DNA of 58,344 nucleotides from Eubacteriales bacterium (GTDB lineage Bacteria; Bacillota; Clostridia; Oscillospirales; CAG-272): NCBI GenBank assembly GCA_045532985.1, contig JAZSGY010000018.1, positions 1 to 58,344 of the forward strand, read 5' to 3'. Shown piece by piece: positions 55,334 to 58,344 of this stretch (position 1 is its first letter; each line of letters starts with the position of its first letter). The notes under the pieces were generated by a model. It saw only the letters and a program-made list of their open reading frames with translations, ran no database searches and was not told where the DNA came from. The position numbers and the translations under genes were made by a program.

Positions 55334-56284
55334 ATGTGTACGGCAATTTGTTATAGAAGTAACGCGTCCTATTTCGGTAGAAATTTGGATCTTCATTGCG
55401 GATACGGTGAAAGCGTGGTGATCACTCCGAGGGAATATGAAATGAAAATGCGTTTTGAAAAGCCAATCAAATCGCATTATTCGATGATCGGTATGGCTGC
55501 CGTTGTTGATGACTTTCCGTTGTACTATGAGGCTACGAACGAGAAGGGGCTGAGCATGGCGGGCTTGCGCTTTCCTGACAATGCAGTCTACTATCAATTT
55601 GCAAAAGGGAAGGATAATGTTGCTCCTTTTGAGTTTGTTCCTTGGGTTCTAACTCAGTGCTCACGTATAGATGAGGTGAAAGCTCTTCTCGGCAGAATGA
55701 ATCTGATAAACGTTGCTTTCAGTGAGCAGCTTCCGCTGTCTCCGCTTCATTGGATGATCAGCGACAAAAAACACAGTATCGTAGTAGAGCCCTTGAGGGA
55801 CGGTCTTAAAGTATACGACGATCCTTTTGAGGTTCTGACCAACAATCCGCCCTTTGAATATCACTATACGAACGTGAGCAATTACATGGGGCTGAGCACG
55901 GGTCACGCAACCTCGCGATTCGAGGAAAAAATACCTACGAAAAACTATAGCTTAGGGTTAGGTGCGTTTGGCTTGCCGGGGGATTTTTCAAGCAGCTCCC
56001 GTTTTATAAAAGCTCTTTTTGTAAAAGAAAATTCAGTGTCTGACAATACCGAAAAATCAAACGTAAATCAGTTCTTTCACATTCTGAATTCCGTTGCGAT
56101 GCCGAAAGGATGCGTGCGTGCTGAGGAGGACTTTGAATACACGCGTTACAGCAGCTGTTGCAATGCAGATCGCGGGGTCTATTATTATACGACCTATGAA
56201 AGCCTTGGAATTCATTCTATCAGCATGCACGACGTTGATTTGAACCAATCTCACTTATACACCTATGACGTCAAAGGCTTATAA
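55334..56284 (+). CDS. choloylglycine (bile salt) hydrolase / linear amide C-N hydrolase, Ntn family
   Basis: 316 aa beginning MCTAICYRS..YFGRNLDL. Cys2 is the nucleophile, and the Arg and Asp of the active-site block are present. The length matches BSH/PVA enzymes. Confidence 0.85.
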   Translation: MCTAICYRSNASYFGRNLDLHCGYGESVVITPREYEMKMRFEKPIKSHYSMIGMAAVVDDFPLYYEATNEKGLSMAGLRFPDNAVYYQFAKGKDNVAPFEFVPWVLTQCSRIDEVKALLGRMNLINVAFSEQLPLSPLHWMISDKKHSIVVEPLRDGLKVYDDPFEVLTNNPPFEYHYTNVSNYMGLSTGHATSRFEEKIPTKNYSLGLGAFGLPGDFSSSSRFIKALFVKENSVSDNTEKSNVNQFFHILNSVAMPKGCVRAEEDFEYTRYSSCCNADRGVYYYTTYESLGIHSISMHDVDLNQSHLYTYDVKGL

Positions 56285-56359
56285 GCAGCTTGAATCACCC
56301 TGAAATTAGCGAAAAAAACGCATTTTTTTGCCCGCCTCCCGTTTTTTTATCAAATTATA

Positions 56360-56388
56360 TTGCAAAACAGTCAAAATTGTAGTACAAT
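56360..56388 (+). promoter_or_regulatory. putative sigma-A promoter of purC-purF
   Basis: TTGCAA (56360-56365), a 17-nt spacer, then TACAAT (56383-56388). A leader of about 100 nt follows. Confidence 0.55.
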
Positions 56389-56488
56389 AATTGCGTCAAA
56401 ATGGGTTGGTGTTTTCTTAAGCACAGACTCAACGAAGCATTTTTATTTGTTTGAAAAAATGTGGATATTATCAAGGAGATTTTCACTT

Positions 56489-57175
56489 ATGGAAAAGAAA
56501 CTGCTTTACACGGGAAAAACAAAAAACGTATACGAGCTGCCGAATGGCAATTGCTTGCTGCTCTTTAAGGACGATTGCACCGGCAAGGACGGTGTGTTCG
56601 ATCCGGGTGAGAACTCGGTAGGTCTTACCATTGAGGGCGTTGGTGACGTCAATCTGCGCATGTCTGTTTATTTCTTTGAGAAGATCAACGCAGCAGGCAT
56701 CAGAACGCACTACGTCAGCGCAAATCTTGAGGATACCACTATGGAAGTCCTTGCGGCAAAGGTGTTCGGCAAGGGACTTGAGGTTATTTGCCGTTATAAA
56801 GCAGTAGGCTCATTCTATCGCCGTTATTCCGATTATTGCACCGAGGGACAGGATCTCCCCGCATACGTGGAGACCACCTTCAAGAACGATGCTAAGGGCG
56901 ATCCCCTTGTAACCAAGGACGGACTCGTTGACCTCGGCGTGATGACCGCAGAGCAGTATGACTCTCTCAAGGAACAGACGCAGGCGATCACCAAGATCGT
57001 TGCCGATGACCTGAGGGCAAAGGGGCTTGATCTTTACGATATTAAGTTTGAGTTCGGATACGATGCGGACGGCAACGTGATGCTCATTGACGAGATCGCG
57101 TCCGGTAATATGTGTGTTTATAAGGATGGTAAGTACATTGATCCCATGACGCTCAATCAGCTCTTTTTCGCCTGA
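56489..57175 (+). CDS. purC: phosphoribosylaminoimidazole-succinocarboxamide (SAICAR) synthase
   Basis: The start at 56489 ([16 protein letters not shown]) follows an AAGGAGA RBS. 228 aa with the SAICAR synthetase N-terminal signature. Confidence 0.9.
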   Translation: MEKKLLYTGKTKNVYELPNGNCLLLFKDDCTGKDGVFDPGENSVGLTIEGVGDVNLRMSVYFFEKINAAGIRTHYVSANLEDTTMEVLAAKVFGKGLEVICRYKAVGSFYRRYSDYCTEGQDLPAYVETTFKNDAKGDPLVTKDGLVDLGVMTAEQYDSLKEQTQAITKIVADDLRAKGLDLYDIKFEFGYDADGNVMLIDEIASGNMCVYKDGKYIDPMTLNQLFFA

Positions 57176-58344
57176 TGGGAGGTTTTTTCGGAGCAGTCTC
57201 AAAAAGAGATTGCGTTATGGATATTTTCTTTGGAGTAGACTATCACTCTCATCTCGGAACAAAAAGCGGCGGTATGATCGTTTATGATGCGCAGGATGGA
57301 TTTCAGCGTCAGATCCATTCTATCGGCAACACACCGTTCCGCACCAAGTTTGAGAAGGATCTGGTCGACTTTCACGGTTGCAGCGGTATCGGCTGTATCA
57401 GCGATAGCGATCCTCAACCGCTTCTCGTTCGCTCCCACCTCGGCATTTATGGCATCACTACGGTAGGCTGTATTAATAATGCAGAGGAGCTTGTAGAGAA
57501 GTATTATTCTGACCACGGTCATCAGTTTATGGCAATGAGCTCGGGCAAGGTCAACACCACCGAGCTTGTGGCAGGACTGATCAATCAAGCGGACGATCTT
57601 GTGTCGGGTATTCTTCACGCACAGAACGAGATCGACGGTTCTTTGACCTTGCTTATTCTGACCTCGGACGGAGAAGTGGTCGCGGCAAGAGATAAATACG
57701 GCCGTCTTCCCGTTCTGATCGGTAAGAACGGGGAAGGCCATTGCGTGTCCTTTGAATCCTTCGCCTATACCAAGCTTGGATATGAGGATGCTTATGAGCT
57801 TGGTCCCCGTGAAATCGTCAAGATTACGCCCGATAAAATAGAAACGCTTTCTCCCGCGGGGGAGAAAATGAAGATATGCGCGTTCCTTTGGTCGTATTAC
57901 GGCTATCCCAATTCACGCTATGAGGGAAGAAACGTAGAGGTCATGCGTGTCACGAACGGCAAAATTATGGCGCGTGACGAAATGGCGAGAGGCGAGCTTC
58001 CCGAGGTCGATTTCGTTGCAGGCGTTCCCGATTCGGGTGTGCCTCACGCTATGGGCTATGCAAGGCAAAGCGGATACGAATACGCGCGTCCCTTCGTCAA
58101 ATACACGCCCACCTGGCCACGCTCCTTTATGCCTGCCAACCAGAGCGTTCGAAATCAAGTTGCAAAAATGAAGCAGATCCCCGTTCCCGAGCTGATCGAG
58201 GGCAAGCGTCTTTTGTTCGTGGACGATTCCATCGTGCGGGGCACACAGCTTCACGAAACCGTGGATTTCCTTTACAGTGCAGGTGCTAAGGAGGTACATA
58301 TGCGCTCGGCTAAGTCGGATCGTAGCCATGTCGGTCTGTGGGCC
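57175..58344 (+). CDS. purF: amidophosphoribosyltransferase-like protein (PurF family, atypical N-terminus), 3' end beyond the window
   Basis: The frame is open from the ATG at 57175 (TGATG overlap with the purC stop) to the window end, 390 codons. It is not in the ORF track because it has no stop. The protein starts [13 protein letters not shown]. The PRPP-binding motif is LLFVDDSIVRGTQ, with GVPDSG upstream of it. Confidence 0.8.
   Translation, partial: MGGFFGAVSKRDCVMDIFFGVDYHSHLGTKSGGMIVYDAQDGFQRQIHSIGNTPFRTKFEKDLVDFHGCSGIGCISDSDPQPLLVRSHLGIYGITTVGCINNAEELVEKYYSDHGHQFMAMSSGKVNTTELVAGLINQADDLVSGILHAQNEIDGSLTLLILTSDGEVVAARDKYGRLPVLIGKNGEGHCVSFESFAYTKLGYEDAYELGPREIVKITPDKIETLSPAGEKMKICAFLWSYYGYPNSRYEGRNVEVMRVTNGKIMARDEMARGELPEVDFVAGVPDSGVPHAMGYARQSGYEYARPFVKYTPTWPRSFMPANQSVRNQVAKMKQIPVPELIEGKRLLFVDDSIVRGTQLHETVDFLYSAGAKEVHMRSAKSDRSHVGLWA

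Noticed and set aside
56389-56488. Possible purine or ZTP riboswitch, or a T-box, in the ~100-nt leader of purC.
   Set aside because: I could not find the conserved purine-riboswitch core (the junction and loop-loop motifs), the ZTP pseudoknot motif, or a following intrinsic terminator. An Infernal scan would be needed to exclude one formally.
58312-58344. The last ~33 nt translate as KSDRSHVGLWA. PurF proteins usually continue with a Pro-rich block after (V/M)(R/K).S(S/A).
   Set aside because: The sequence is at the very edge of the window and only 11 codons long. It could be family-specific divergence, a contig-end artefact or a junction. It cannot be evaluated without downstream sequence.
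1-58344. A search for rRNA, tRNA, tmRNA, CRISPR repeats, long direct or inverted DNA repeats, and IS elements.
   Set aside because: I saw no tRNA T-arm/acceptor patterns, no regularly spaced 25-40-nt repeats, and no transposase or integrase ORFs. The only repeats are protein-level ones: the LRR units and the paralogue pairs. This was a visual scan, so tRNAscan, Infernal and a CRISPR finder should be run to confirm it.

Overview
This is a 58.3-kb chromosomal segment from a high-GC, endospore-forming Firmicute. The class Clostridia (Oscillospiraceae/Ruminococcaceae-like) is inferred from gene content only.

Most of the window is housekeeping:
- prfA-tsaC and a ParC-like topoisomerase subunit
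- yceD-rpmF and rpsF-ssb-rpsR
- ruvAB, spoIIGA-sigE, rpmE, hflX and yigZ
- dGTPase-dnaG-rpoD and purC-purF

Carbohydrate and accessory pockets sit between these:
- a maltodextrin-type ABC transporter with malQ
- an orphan rhaA
- a GH127 beta-L-arabinofuranosidase with an AraC regulator
- an orphan solute-binding lipoprotein flanked by two SGNH esterases
- a copper P-type ATPase
- two tandem AI-2E transporters
- two tandem YfhO glycosyltransferase-like proteins bracketing a DUF951 gene

I found no rRNA, tRNA, CRISPR array, transposase or integrase.

The stretches most worth a second look are:
1. A cytoplasmic TIR-LRR fusion protein (51608-53266). It sits behind a consensus promoter and is apparently co-transcribed with an ArsB/NhaD-type permease.
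2. A sharply low-GC ~1.8-kb insertion (about 30690-32540) between hyi and ruvB. It encodes a small HTH regulator divergent from a zinc-ribbon multi-pass membrane protein and a small lipoprotein.
3. A two-gene module of unknown function (25269-29550): a 927-aa lipoprotein and a 479-aa membrane protein.
4. The yfhO-DUF951-yfhO-ruvA-ruvB array.
5. A PurF-like amidophosphoribosyltransferase that lacks the N-terminal nucleophile cysteine.

All functional calls come from reading motifs in the translations. No database search was run.
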